Source: Pachysolen tannophilus NRRL Y-2460
Lineage: Eukaryota
Reading direction: 5' to 3'
Assembly: GCA_001661245.1 (NCBI GenBank)
Contig: KV454014.1
Coordinates: 1,321,989-1,385,988 of the forward strand
Length of the DNA: 64,000 bases
Each line of letters starts with the position of its first letter. The first letter of the stretch is position 1. Made by a program: the position numbers and the translations under genes. The notes beneath the pieces are model-generated. The model was not told the origin of the DNA, did not search any database, and saw only the letters and a list, made by a program, of their open reading frames with translations. Shown piece by piece: positions 11,405 through 22,007 of this stretch.

Positions 11405-11852
11405 TCCCACCACTCCAAAACAAAAGACAAAAACCACTAGCAAAATAAGTAATTTAGATAAGCAATCAAATGGATTCCTTCAACAATAAAAAAAAAAAAA
11501 AAAAGAATCCAATCAAAGAATACAATAGAGAAACTTATTTAGAAATAGATGGATGATACAGAGATGAAGATGCTCTTCTTCTTGAACAATTAAAAGTACC
11601 TCGGAGAAGATTCTCTTCTCCTATACGGAGAAATAAAAAAATAAAAACCTATACTTCTCCTACACGGAAATACAAAATTTTAAAAATAAAATAAAAACTT
11701 CTCCGGAGAAAAAAAAGCAAAAAAAAAAAAAAAAAAAAATCCTAAAACGGAACTTGGTATCTACATGCACACCATTATTTACAAAAAGGGTAATTTTTTT
11801 CTTTCAATCATAACATAACTATTAACTATATTCATTCATATTCATATTCTAC

Positions 11853-12212
11853 TTAGTCTTTATCTTCTTCATCTACTCCTTCATCCAAGATTCTTCTTTC
11901 CAAGTCTCTATCCTTGTCTGTAGTTTCTGTACTGTCTTTGTTCATTCTTTCTGTAAGAAAAGTATTGATATCATCTTGTAAAGTTGTCAAGACTGCTCTC
12001 AATTGTCCTAATTTCGATTCTTTATTATGTGGTGAAGGAATATCTTTATCTGTAAAATTTAAATCATCTTTAGTAACATTTACAAGGTGTGATGAAAGAC
12101 CTGTTGTTTTCCCCAATGTTGTATGGTTTCCATGAGAAATATCTGGCTTTATGATTAACTCAGGTATATCTGGGGAAGAATAAGTTGCTGAAGGTACTAA
12201 TTCAAAAGTCAT
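11853..12212 (-). CDS. GON7: KEOPS/EKC subunit Gon7
   Basis: ATYSSPD, GKTTGLS and LGQLRAVLTTLQDDINTFLTERM; first ATG at 12212. Confidence 0.85.
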   Translation of the reverse strand: MTFELVPSATYSSPDIPELIIKPDISHGNHTTLGKTTGLSSHLVNVTKDDLNFTDKDIPSPHNKESKLGQLRAVLTTLQDDINTFLTERMNKDSTETTDKDRDLERRILDEGVDEEDKD

Positions 12213-12902
12213 AACTAAACCCAAAAAAACAAAAAAACACAATTTCCTTCTTCCACTTTCTTTTTCTTTTAACCAATAAATATCAGAATTAACTTTTCAA
12301 ATAACTTTACTAATCTCTAAACTCTTATTTATTCCACTGTCTCGTCGTCTCCTCGTCGGTTTTTAAGAGTTTTTGATAACGAAATTCTGCGATTTACCCG
12401 GAAAAAAAATCGATTTTTTTTTTTTTTTTAGTTTAAAANNNNNNNNNNNNNNNNNNNNNNNNNNNNNNNNNNNNNNNNNNNNNNNNNNNNNNNNNNNNNN
12501 NNNNNNNNNNNNNNNNNNNNNNNNNNNNNNNNNNNNNNNNNNNNNNNNNNNNNNNNNNNNNNNNNNNNNNNNNNNNNNNNNNNNNNNNNNNNNNNNNNNN
12601 NNNNNNNNNNNNNNNNNNNNNNNNNNNNNNNNNNNNNNNNNNNNNNNNNNNNNNNNNNNNNNNNNNNNNNNNNNNNNNNNNNNNNNNNNNNNNNNNNNNN
12701 NNNNNNNNNNNNNNNNNNNNNNNNNNNNNNNNNNTTTTTTTTTTTTTTTTTTGAAAAATTTAAAAATTTTTTTTTTTTTACTTGTTTTTTTTCACGGTAG
12801 AAATTTTGACAACGAAAAGATAGAGAAGAAGAAATATAAAGAAAATATATTTGTAATTATTAGGTGAGGATTAGAAGCTATAAGAGATATAGTTTATAGA
12901 TC

Positions 12903-13029
12903 ATGTCATCGGTTATTATAGTAGATGGGTTGTTACAGGACTCTATTGCTGAATATGCTGCTATATTAGATTCTGCTACGGAATCAAATCAATATTCGGA
13001 ATCTTTTCTTTCATATTATAATCCTGAGG

Positions 13030-13063
<34 letters not shown>

Positions 13064-14252
13064 TGATAAATTAATAGGTGGAATTATTGATTCATTAAAA
13101 ATTCTTAATTCTTTGAATGATAGGGATTTTGAGCCTGCTAATAATTTAGCTATTTTCATTTTAAAAAATTTATCAAAAAATGGTGATTTTGAACAAGTTT
13201 TAATGTTGAATAAAGATGCAATTTTATTAAATTTAATTCAATTAAATTCATCACTTTTACAAAATAATAAACAATCTATTAAACCTACAAGCATTATTAG
13301 CATATTATCCAACATTTTTAATTTGCTTTCAAATACTTCAAGTTTTAGAATTCATATATTATCTCTGATTTTGCAAATAGCACAAGATTCAAAATTAGTA
13401 TCACTTGTATATCCAATAAGAAATAATTTTTATAAATGGTTAAAAGCATCAGGTGCTTCTGATTTAGAAATTAAATCTCAATTGATTAGATTAAGTCAAC
13501 TTTTACGTGAAAACACTGAATATGAAGGTGAATCATTACTGTTGAATAATTTTGTTATTAAAAATTTATCATCACTTTTATCTACAGATGATTATAATAA
13601 ATTTATTATTCAATCTTGGAATTCAGAATCAGAATTGGATTTAGCAATTTATAATTCCACTTCTTTAGATCCATTTTTGGAAAAATTATTATCATATTAT
13701 ATTGAATTGGATGATAAACAATTTGTACAAATTTTTAATCAAAATTCAAGTGATTTTAAATCATTATTGAATTTAGAAAATATCTTGTACAAATTAAAAT
13801 TATTAAAATTAATAAAATTATCATCACAAACTTTAATGTCTTCTACTTCAAGTGGTAATAATGATAATAGTAATGGTCATGATGGCCGTAGTGGTCACCA
13901 TTATTTATCATATGAAGAAATTGCTAAATTCTTAAATTTAAATTCAGATTTAGAGGTTGAAAATTTAATTATTAAATCTATTCAAAATAAAATTTTACAA
14001 GGAAAATTAAATCAATCTTTAAAAATTTTCCAAATACATAAAGTTTTATATAATTTTGAAAATCAAGTTTTCAAAATGGATAACTGGAGATTAATACAAT
14101 TAAGATTAACTAATTGGAAAACTTCTTTGAAAGAAATTAAAGAAAGTGTTGATAGCGTAAACAAGAAAAAATTGATGACTAAGCAGCAGCAGCAACAGCA
14201 ACAGCAACAACAACAACAACAACAACAGCAAAAGAAAGAAGTTACAGTTTAA
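12903..14252 (+). CDS. PCI-domain protein, probable eIF3 subunit m
   Basis: PCI winged helix LSYEEIAKFL...VENLIIKSIQNKILQGKLNQ followed by F...W..I..RL..WK; poly-N and poly-Q tracts. Confidence 0.7.
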
Positions 14253-14376
14253 AGAAGGTGGTGGTGTTTTATCATTAATCATTTTTTTAATGATTTTTTT
14301 TTTTTTTTATTGTTTTAGTTTTGTATGATTTGAATTTATTTTATTATCTCTAAATCCAGTATTTCTATATACAATT

Positions 14377-15171
14377 TCATGGGAATTTTATTCTAATCAT
14401 ATTATCGTTGTTTTTACTAATAACAAAATGATTGCAATTGAATTCCAACTGTTGCAACATCTCATTTGGTATTCTATAATTATCATTTTTCAGAATAATT
14501 TCTTGGTTTATATATTTACAATTTGCAAGATTAAATTTGCTTTCCTTTGATGGTAAAGGTGTATAACCTCCTATAGATGAATGTAAATAATCCAAATCAT
14601 AATCACATTTGTATTTTGTCTTAATATTTGCTATTTCACATACCAATAAATTATTTAAAAAATTTATTAATGGCTTTAATTGATCATTGGTTTCTCTTGT
14701 TGTTTTCAAACTTAAAAATATCTTGGAATTATTATAATCTGGTAAAATGAACAGATATGGTTCAAATTTTACCTTAACAGAACTTTTCATTTCTTTTTTA
14801 AAAACTTCAATTGCTGAAGATACACCTTCATTTAATGGTCGCACATTTTCTTCTTCACCAAAAAATTTGTTCAATTTTAAAACTTCAGAATAATATTTTT
14901 GTAAATTTTTGTTATTATTAAATAAAATATTATGTGATAATGAAATATGTAAATTAAATCTATTATTATTAAACTTGGTTATTAAATTACTATCAAATAC
15001 CATTGGTTTATCATTTATAAGGTATTTTTTAACGAAAACTTCATCATTATTTAAACTTTCATTATATTTTGAAGCAATACCTGATATCACATCTCTCTGC
15101 TTGCAATTAGTTGGCAAAATTATCTGAGAATATGTCTTAAATATTGTGGGTGGCCTATTTTTATAACTCAT
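14377..15171 (-). CDS. USB1: Usb1-like U6 snRNA 2H phosphodiesterase (start uncertain)
   Basis: Two HxS motifs, LHISLSHN and LHSSIG; first ATG at 15171. Confidence 0.7.
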   Translation of the reverse strand: MSYKNRPPTIFKTYSQIILPTNCKQRDVISGIASKYNESLNNDEVFVKKYLINDKPMVFDSNLITKFNNNRFNLHISLSHNILFNNNKNLQKYYSEVLKLNKFFGEEENVRPLNEGVSSAIEVFKKEMKSSVKVKFEPYLFILPDYNNSKIFLSLKTTRETNDQLKPLINFLNNLLVCEIANIKTKYKCDYDLDYLHSSIGGYTPLPSKESKFNLANCKYINQEIILKNDNYRIPNEMLQQLEFNCNHFVISKNNDNMIRIKFP

Positions 15172-16006
15172 CACTTCTTTAATACCAATCAACTAATGAA
15201 TAGATGAAAAAATCAAACTTTTCTTAAAAATTATGTAATTTTGAAAAATTTTTTTTATTTATTTTTTCGGATTTTAAAGGCCATCAACTAAACAAACTAA
15301 TTACTTTCTTCAATTAATCATAAAAATATTATAGTTATATATTAATGAAACTTCAAATAATGGTAAAAAAAAAAAGAAGGGAAAAACGTAGAACTTCTTA
15401 AAAAAATATAGAAAACTATATAGAATAAATAAATAAGTGATTAAATTCTCATTCTTTTCTTTAATAAAAGAGTAAAAAGAAAGAAAAAAAAAAAAAAAAA
15501 AAAAAAAAAAAANNNNNNNNNNNNNNNNNNNNNNNNNNNNNNNNNNNNNNNNNNNNNNNNNNNNNNNNNNNNNNNNNNNNNNNNNNNNNNNNNNNNNNNN
15601 NNNNNNNNNNNNNNNNNNNNNNNNNNNNNNNNNNNNNNNNNNNNNNNNNNNNNNNNNNNNNNNNNNNNNNNNNNNNNNNNNNNNNNNNNNNNNNNNNNNN
15701 NNNNNNNNNNNNNNNNNNNNNNNNNNNNNNNNNNNNNNNNNNNNNNNNNNNNNNNNNNNNNNNNNNNNNNNNNNNNNNNNNNNNNNNNNNNNNNNNNNNN
15801 NNNNNNNNNNNNNNNNNNNNNNNNNNNNNNNNNNNNNNNNNNNNNNNNNNNNNNNNNNNNNNNNNNNNNNNNNNNNNNNNTATTAGATCATCACGTATTG
15901 CCAGATAATTCACTCTAACTTTATAATATTTGTGAATAATTTTTTAACTTTTTTTTTTTTTTTTTTTTAATGATATATTTTTATAGAATATATATATATA
16001 TTTTTT

Positions 16007-17419
16007 TTACATCAATAACATCTTTCTTGGATCTTCAATCAATTCTTTAACTGTTCTTAAGAAAGTGACTGCTTCTCTACCATCTAACATTCTGTGGTCA
16101 TAAGTTAAAGCCAAGTACATCATTGGTCTAGCTTCAACTTTACCATTGACGACAACTGCTCTTTCTTTAACACCATGTAAACCTAAGACGGCTGTTTGTG
16201 GCATATTAATGATTGGAGTACCATATAAGGAACCAAAGACACCACCATTTGAAATGGTAAAAGTACCACCAGTCATATCTTCCAAAGTTAATTTACCATC
16301 TCTTGCTTTCTTTCCAAGTAATGAAATTTCATTTTCAATTTCTAAAACGCTTAAACTTTCAGCATTTCTAACAATTGGAGTAACTAAACCTTTTGGAGTA
16401 GCAACTGCAATTGAAACATCGAAATAATCTCTGAAAACCATTGTATCATTGTTTTCAATAGCAGCATTAACAGCAGGGATATCTTTCAGAGCCAAAGTAG
16501 CAGCTCTTGTGAATGCACCCATGAAACCGAATTTTACACCAGTTTTCTTGAGGAATTCATCCTTGTATAATTTTCTCATTTCCAATAATGAAGACATATC
16601 AACCTCGTTAAATGTAGTTAATGAAGCAGCAGTGTTTTGAGCATCCTTCAATCTTTGAGCAATTCTTAATCTCATACGGTTCATCTTGACTCTTTCTTCA
16701 GATCTAGAGAATGCCTTACCAGCACCTGCTGAAGGAGGAGGAGGAGGAGGTGGTGGAGTAGCATCCTTCTTCTTTGGAGCAGGAGCAGGAGCAGCTTTTG
16801 GAGCTGATGGTGGTGGTGGTGGTGGAGCAGCGGCGGAGGCAGCACCTTCAGTTTCGCTCTTCTTTGGCTCTTCTTTCTTTGAAGGAGAAGGTGGAGGAGG
16901 AGCTGAAGCTGAATCCGAAGCAGCGCCAGCAGGTTTTTCACCTGGTTCAATTTTCAATAAATCTTGACCAACTTGAACAGTATCTTCTGGTTGGACCAAA
17001 AATTCCTTAATAATACCAGCTATTGGGGCATTGACTTCCACATCAATTTTATCTGTTTCTATAGTGGCAACAGTTTCATCTTGGTCAACATAATCACCAA
17101 TTTTTTTAGTAAACAGAGATAAAGTACCCTCGGTAATAGATTCGGCCATTTCCGGAACTTTAACAACGGTAGCATTCCCACGAATAAATTGAAGTCTTGA
17201 AATACTACTAACATTACCATTATTGCTAATTGATTTTATAGCAATTGGTCTAGATAAACTTTGAAATGATCTTGTAAAAATACCAAAACTATCATTTTTG
17301 GAATTTTGTAATAAAACAATCTTTGTAGCATTGGCGCTAATAGAAGATTTTAAACCGACTTTAGTCGATACATTCTTTAAGGTCATAGATGACCTACTGG
17401 TAATATTTCTAGAAAGCAT
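16007..17419 (-). CDS. KGD2: 2-oxoglutarate dehydrogenase E2 (dihydrolipoyl succinyltransferase)
   Basis: Lipoyl motif IETDKIDVEV, Pro/Ala linker, catalytic LTYDHRMLDG, mitochondrial presequence. Confidence 0.98.
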   Translation of the reverse strand: MLSRNITSRSSMTLKNVSTKVGLKSSISANATKIVLLQNSKNDSFGIFTRSFQSLSRPIAIKSISNNGNVSSISRLQFIRGNATVVKVPEMAESITEGTLSLFTKKIGDYVDQDETVATIETDKIDVEVNAPIAGIIKEFLVQPEDTVQVGQDLLKIEPGEKPAGAASDSASAPPPPSPSKKEEPKKSETEGAASAAAPPPPPPSAPKAAPAPAPKKKDATPPPPPPPPSAGAGKAFSRSEERVKMNRMRLRIAQRLKDAQNTAASLTTFNEVDMSSLLEMRKLYKDEFLKKTGVKFGFMGAFTRAATLALKDIPAVNAAIENNDTMVFRDYFDVSIAVATPKGLVTPIVRNAESLSVLEIENEISLLGKKARDGKLTLEDMTGGTFTISNGGVFGSLYGTPIINMPQTAVLGLHGVKERAVVVNGKVEARPMMYLALTYDHRMLDGREAVTFLRTVKELIEDPRKMLLM

Positions 17420-18335
17420 TCTTTTTTTTTTTCTTTATCTCTATTCCAACTGAGAGACAAAAAAAGTAAAAAAAAAAAAAAAAAAAATAAAAAAATAATA
17501 ATAAAAATAATAACAAAAGTAACTTAAATTAGTAATAATANNNNNNNNNNNNNNNNNNNNNNNNNNNNNNNNNNNNNNNNNNNNNNNNNNNNNNNNNNNN
17601 NNNNNNNNNNNNNNNNNNNNNNNNNNNNNNNNNNNNNNNNNNNNNNNNNNNNNNNNNNNNNNNNNNNNNNNNNNNNNNNNNNNNNNNNNNNNNNNNNNNN
17701 NNNNNNNNNNNNNNNNNNNNNNNNNNNNNNNNNNNNNNNNNNNNNNNNNNNNNNNNNNNNNNNNNNNNNNNNNNNNNNNNNNNNNNNNNNNNNNNNNNNN
17801 NNNNNNNNNNNNNNNNNNNNNNNNNNNNNNNNNNNNNNNNNNNNNNNNNNNNNNNNNNNNNNNNNNNNNNNNNNNNNNNNNNNNNNNNNNNNNNNNNNNN
17901 NNNNNNNNNNNNNNNNNNNNNNNNNNNNNNNNNNNNNNNNNNNNNNNNNNNNNAAAAAAAAAAAAAATAAAAAAAAATATATAAAAATATACAAAAGTCT
18001 TAAATTGAATATATTATAAAAGAGCTTTTTTTTTTATTTTAAAAAAAATAAAAAATTGTATTATTATTATTAATTTACTTAAATACTATTTGCTTTAATT
18101 TTCTTCCACTTAAAGCTTTAGTTCGGAACCGATTTAATTATTAAAAAAAAAAAATCAGAAAAATAGAAAAGTAAAAAAAAAAGGACCCCCAAAACAGGAA
18201 CCATTGGGCATACGCGCACGATAAAATATTCAAAAAGAAAGAAAGAAAGAAAGAAAGCAAGAAAAAAAATAAATCCCGGGCGTTTTGGAATAATCATTTT
18301 GGAATAAATAATCTTCTCCTTTTCGGAGAAGAAAG

Positions 18336-20132
18336 TTATAAGAATTCACAATCCATAAATTTAACATCTTTTAATCTATCTTTATCTATTATATCTTTTT
18401 CAGTCAAATTTAATTGAATTAAATCTCCAATAAATATTCCATTTTTATTTAAAGCATATTTGAAATAATCAAAATCATCATCTGAAACTTGATTATTTTC
18501 TTCAATTTCCAGTTCTTCTTCTTCATTTACTTCTTCTTCTTCTCCAAGATTTTTAATTACATAACGTTCTCCATTTATACCTCCAATTTTATCAATATTA
18601 ATATTAAATTTTGTAAATTCTTCTTCTTCAATTTTTTTAACAATTCCCCATAAAGCCCAATAAACAGAATTTACAGGTCTCCAAAGAATACATTCATTAT
18701 ATAATTTTTTAATATCATCCATATCTTTATTAAGATTATTATTATTATTATTATTGTTATTAATAAATGCATGATATTGAATATAACTTCCAATAAAATT
18801 TAATCGTTCTTCTTTAGATGGATACATTTTTTCATCTAAATAATAAGATTTTTCTGGATCATGATAATTTGCCATCCATTCACAAAAATGATTTGTTATA
18901 TCATAAGCAGGTATATTACTACCAGAATATTCAAAATCAATAACAACTAATTTTTTATCAAATTTTGTAGAATCTGAAATTAAAGAATTTGAAGAATTAT
19001 TATTTTGAGGAATTTGATATAATAAATTATTTATATTATTTTTTTGTGGTAAAATTTCATTTAAATTTATTTCACTTGTTCCTGATACAATTTCATCAAT
19101 TAAATCTTCTTCTTCTACATCAGAATTTTCATTATTATCTTGATATTCTTCTTCATTTTTTGGATTATAAAATAATAAATTACCATATTGTGTATCATTA
19201 TGACAAAATACTAATTCATTAAAATATAATCCATTATTATAATTTTTATTTAAAAATTTTTTCAAATTTAAAACTTGTTGTTTATAAGTTTCAAAATCAA
19301 CAATTAATAAATCTTTTTGTTGTTTAATTGAATAATTTTTTTCTTTAAAAATTTTTTCAATTATATCTATCCATTTAAAAATTAAATTCCAACACATTGG
19401 TCCCATTGATTTTTCTTCAACATCTAAAATAATACCTGTATGTAATTCTTTCATTCTTCTTGCAATAATTCTAGAAATTTTAGGTTCTCTAATTTGTAAA
19501 TGATTTAATGTAATTGAATTATTTAAAAATTGTTCAAATCTTCCATTTGTAAAACATCCTAATAATTTGGGTCCAATATTTTTTTTCGATAATTTTGCTA
19601 AAATTTTTAATTCACTTTCACGATCAATAATTGAATCAATATTAGCACCATAAATTCTTAATAATAATGGGTGATATTTTTTATAAGTAACTTTATAAAT
19701 AACATTCGTTAATGCACCACTAATCCTCTCAATTTTTATTTCATTAATAGTCTTTTGATTAACATTTAATCTATGCCATTTCGATATCCCTAATTTTTGT
19801 AATATAGATATTAAATCTTGTTTGAAATAATCCAACGGTAACGTATTATCTAAGAAGGCTTTTATTGATTTCACCGATGAACTTCCAGAAGCACCTCCAG
19901 CACCTCCAGCACCAGCATTACCTCCGGCTCCTGTACTACCAACACCTCCAGCACCGCCAACTCCAATTCCAATTCCTGCAATTGAAACAGAAGAACTTTC
20001 ATTATCGCTAATATAAGAAAATCTCGAAGAAGTTGATGAAGATTTTCTAATCAATGAAGGCCTCCTACTTTCATTAAAACTACCTCTATGCCTCGACCTT
20101 GGTCTCCTAACAGATGCTCTTGTATGATCCAT
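18336..20132 (-). CDS. CKI1: Choline/ethanolamine kinase
   Basis: ISGALTNVIY, LLLRIYG, FCHNDTQYGN (Brenner motif) and VIDFEYS. Confidence 0.9.
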   Translation of the reverse strand: MDHTRASVRRPRSRHRGSFNESRRPSLIRKSSSTSSRFSYISDNESSSVSIAGIGIGVGGAGGVGSTGAGGNAGAGGAGGASGSSSVKSIKAFLDNTLPLDYFKQDLISILQKLGISKWHRLNVNQKTINEIKIERISGALTNVIYKVTYKKYHPLLLRIYGANIDSIIDRESELKILAKLSKKNIGPKLLGCFTNGRFEQFLNNSITLNHLQIREPKISRIIARRMKELHTGIILDVEEKSMGPMCWNLIFKWIDIIEKIFKEKNYSIKQQKDLLIVDFETYKQQVLNLKKFLNKNYNNGLYFNELVFCHNDTQYGNLLFYNPKNEEEYQDNNENSDVEEEDLIDEIVSGTSEINLNEILPQKNNINNLLYQIPQNNNSSNSLISDSTKFDKKLVVIDFEYSGSNIPAYDITNHFCEWMANYHDPEKSYYLDEKMYPSKEERLNFIGSYIQYHAFINNNNNNNNNLNKDMDDIKKLYNECILWRPVNSVYWALWGIVKKIEEEEFTKFNINIDKIGGINGERYVIKNLGEEEEVNEEEELEIEENNQVSDDDFDYFKYALNKNGIFIGDLIQLNLTEKDIIDKDRLKDVKFMDCEFL

Positions 20133-20475
20133 CTACACCTCTGTCTTTTAATAATCCTACTATCCTACTATCCTACTATAACACAATCACACTATCACAC
20201 TATCCAACATATAATATATATATATATATATACGTTTTTTTATTTTAATTTATTTTATATATTTATTACCTTAACTACTTATCAGCAAACCTTTTATCTT
20301 TTGATTTGAGCTGCCTAAATTTTTGTCCCTTCTTTTTGTTGGAATGAAAAATTTACTAAACAATTTTAGTCGTGTAACTCTATGCAACAACAACAAACAA
20401 CAATAATAAACAACCATCTTTTAGCATGTGATTTTTCAAAATTTTCCAAAATTTTCCAAAATTTTTCAAGTTTTC

Positions 20476-21474
20476 CTATGTTCTCTTGGTATCCCAGACG
20501 TAAACCATTTCATCCCAACCAACGGTTACCAGCCATCCTGGATCTCCCCAGAGACACCAGTCTCCTCCAATTACAAATTCTTTATGTAAGGAAAAAATAT
20601 TTTCACTACCATGATTAAATCTTCTATTTATTCCGGGTAAATTTTGATCAGTCTTATCACTCCAAATTCTAGCTGTCATATCGTATGAACAACTTAAAAT
20701 TTTATCACTATAATGTGGAGACCAAGTGACATTTCTTATTGCGAATTCATGTCCTAACAATTCATTTATTGGATTTCCTGTTCTTATCATTCTAAGATCC
20801 CAAATATTTATTGATTTATCAACACCAGCAGTTGCAATTATTGTTGGTCTATATTTATTCCAATCACAACTAAGACATTCCATTCCATGTTGTGCTATAA
20901 AATCCATTTGTAAAGGTTTTGGAGAACGAATATCCCAAGTTTGTAAATTTGAATTAGAACTACATGAAATTAAAGTATTTGAATCATGTGGAGAAAATTT
21001 TGCTTGATAAATACATTGATTTTGTTGTTCATTATTTATATTTAAAAGAGTTAATATTGAATCATTTCTATTTGGTGACCATATCTTGATTGTACTATCC
21101 CATGAAGAAGAACAAAAAATTGTCTTATCAATTAAATTCCAATTAACTGAAAAAACTTCTCTCTTATGTTCTTTAAATTTTTTAATTGGAAATTTTTGTA
21201 AAGTCAGATCAAATAAAAAAATTGAACCATCACCATTTGCAGTTATTACATGATTTTCATGAACCTCAGACCATGATAAATCAAATAATCCATCCTGAGT
21301 ATCGAAAAAATTCTCTTGTACAATCTCTCCATTGGCAGAAATATTTAAAATATATAATCTTCCATTACCTACAAGTCCATAATTTGAAGATGTAGCAACT
21401 GCTAGTTTATTATCATAAAAAGGTGAATATTTCAGAGCATACCCATTAAAGCCAGCAGTACGAAATGATAACAT
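20476..21474 (-). CDS. PEX7: PTS2 receptor Pex7 (WD40)
   Basis: MLSFRTAGFNGYALKYSPFYDNKLAVATSSNYGLVGNGRL, DWNKYRP; first ATG at 21474. Confidence 0.96.
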   Translation of the reverse strand: MLSFRTAGFNGYALKYSPFYDNKLAVATSSNYGLVGNGRLYILNISANGEIVQENFFDTQDGLFDLSWSEVHENHVITANGDGSIFLFDLTLQKFPIKKFKEHKREVFSVNWNLIDKTIFCSSSWDSTIKIWSPNRNDSILTLLNINNEQQNQCIYQAKFSPHDSNTLISCSSNSNLQTWDIRSPKPLQMDFIAQHGMECLSCDWNKYRPTIIATAGVDKSINIWDLRMIRTGNPINELLGHEFAIRNVTWSPHYSDKILSCSYDMTARIWSDKTDQNLPGINRRFNHGSENIFSLHKEFVIGGDWCLWGDPGWLVTVGWDEMVYVWDTKRT

Positions 21475-22007
21475 CTCCTCCCCCACCTAAACAAAATTTT
21501 TACAACTTTCTGTTTTTTCTTTCTTTTCTTGCTCTAATCACACCTTCTAAAAGAAAACAAAAACAAAAAAAAAAAAATCTTCAATTCAAAATCTTATTAC
21601 TCCATCCATATAGTTAATACTAATATAAACTTGGGGACCAAAAGATTACTATCAATCTATTTTCCTACCTTGGTAATAACTCTCTTTCTTTTACACTACA
21701 AATTGAAATCGGCTCGGCCAAAAAAAAAAGAAAAAAAGAGAGAAACTGTTTTGAGCCCACGCGCACTACTTTTGTGGGTTTTTTCATTTCTTTCTTTTTG
21801 GCCTGTAAAATAGATATTCCTCTTTAGGAAAGATGTAAATACAGGCTAAGCGACATATTCCTTGAGCAGGACGATATCTGGGGATGGGTTCTTCCCATTC
21901 TTTAAACACTTTTATATTATCTTTATATTATCTTAAATTCTTTTTGAGAGCTCGTCGTAGTGGTGGTGGTGTTTCTGTTATTAGACTATAGGGTATTAGA
22001 AGTGATA

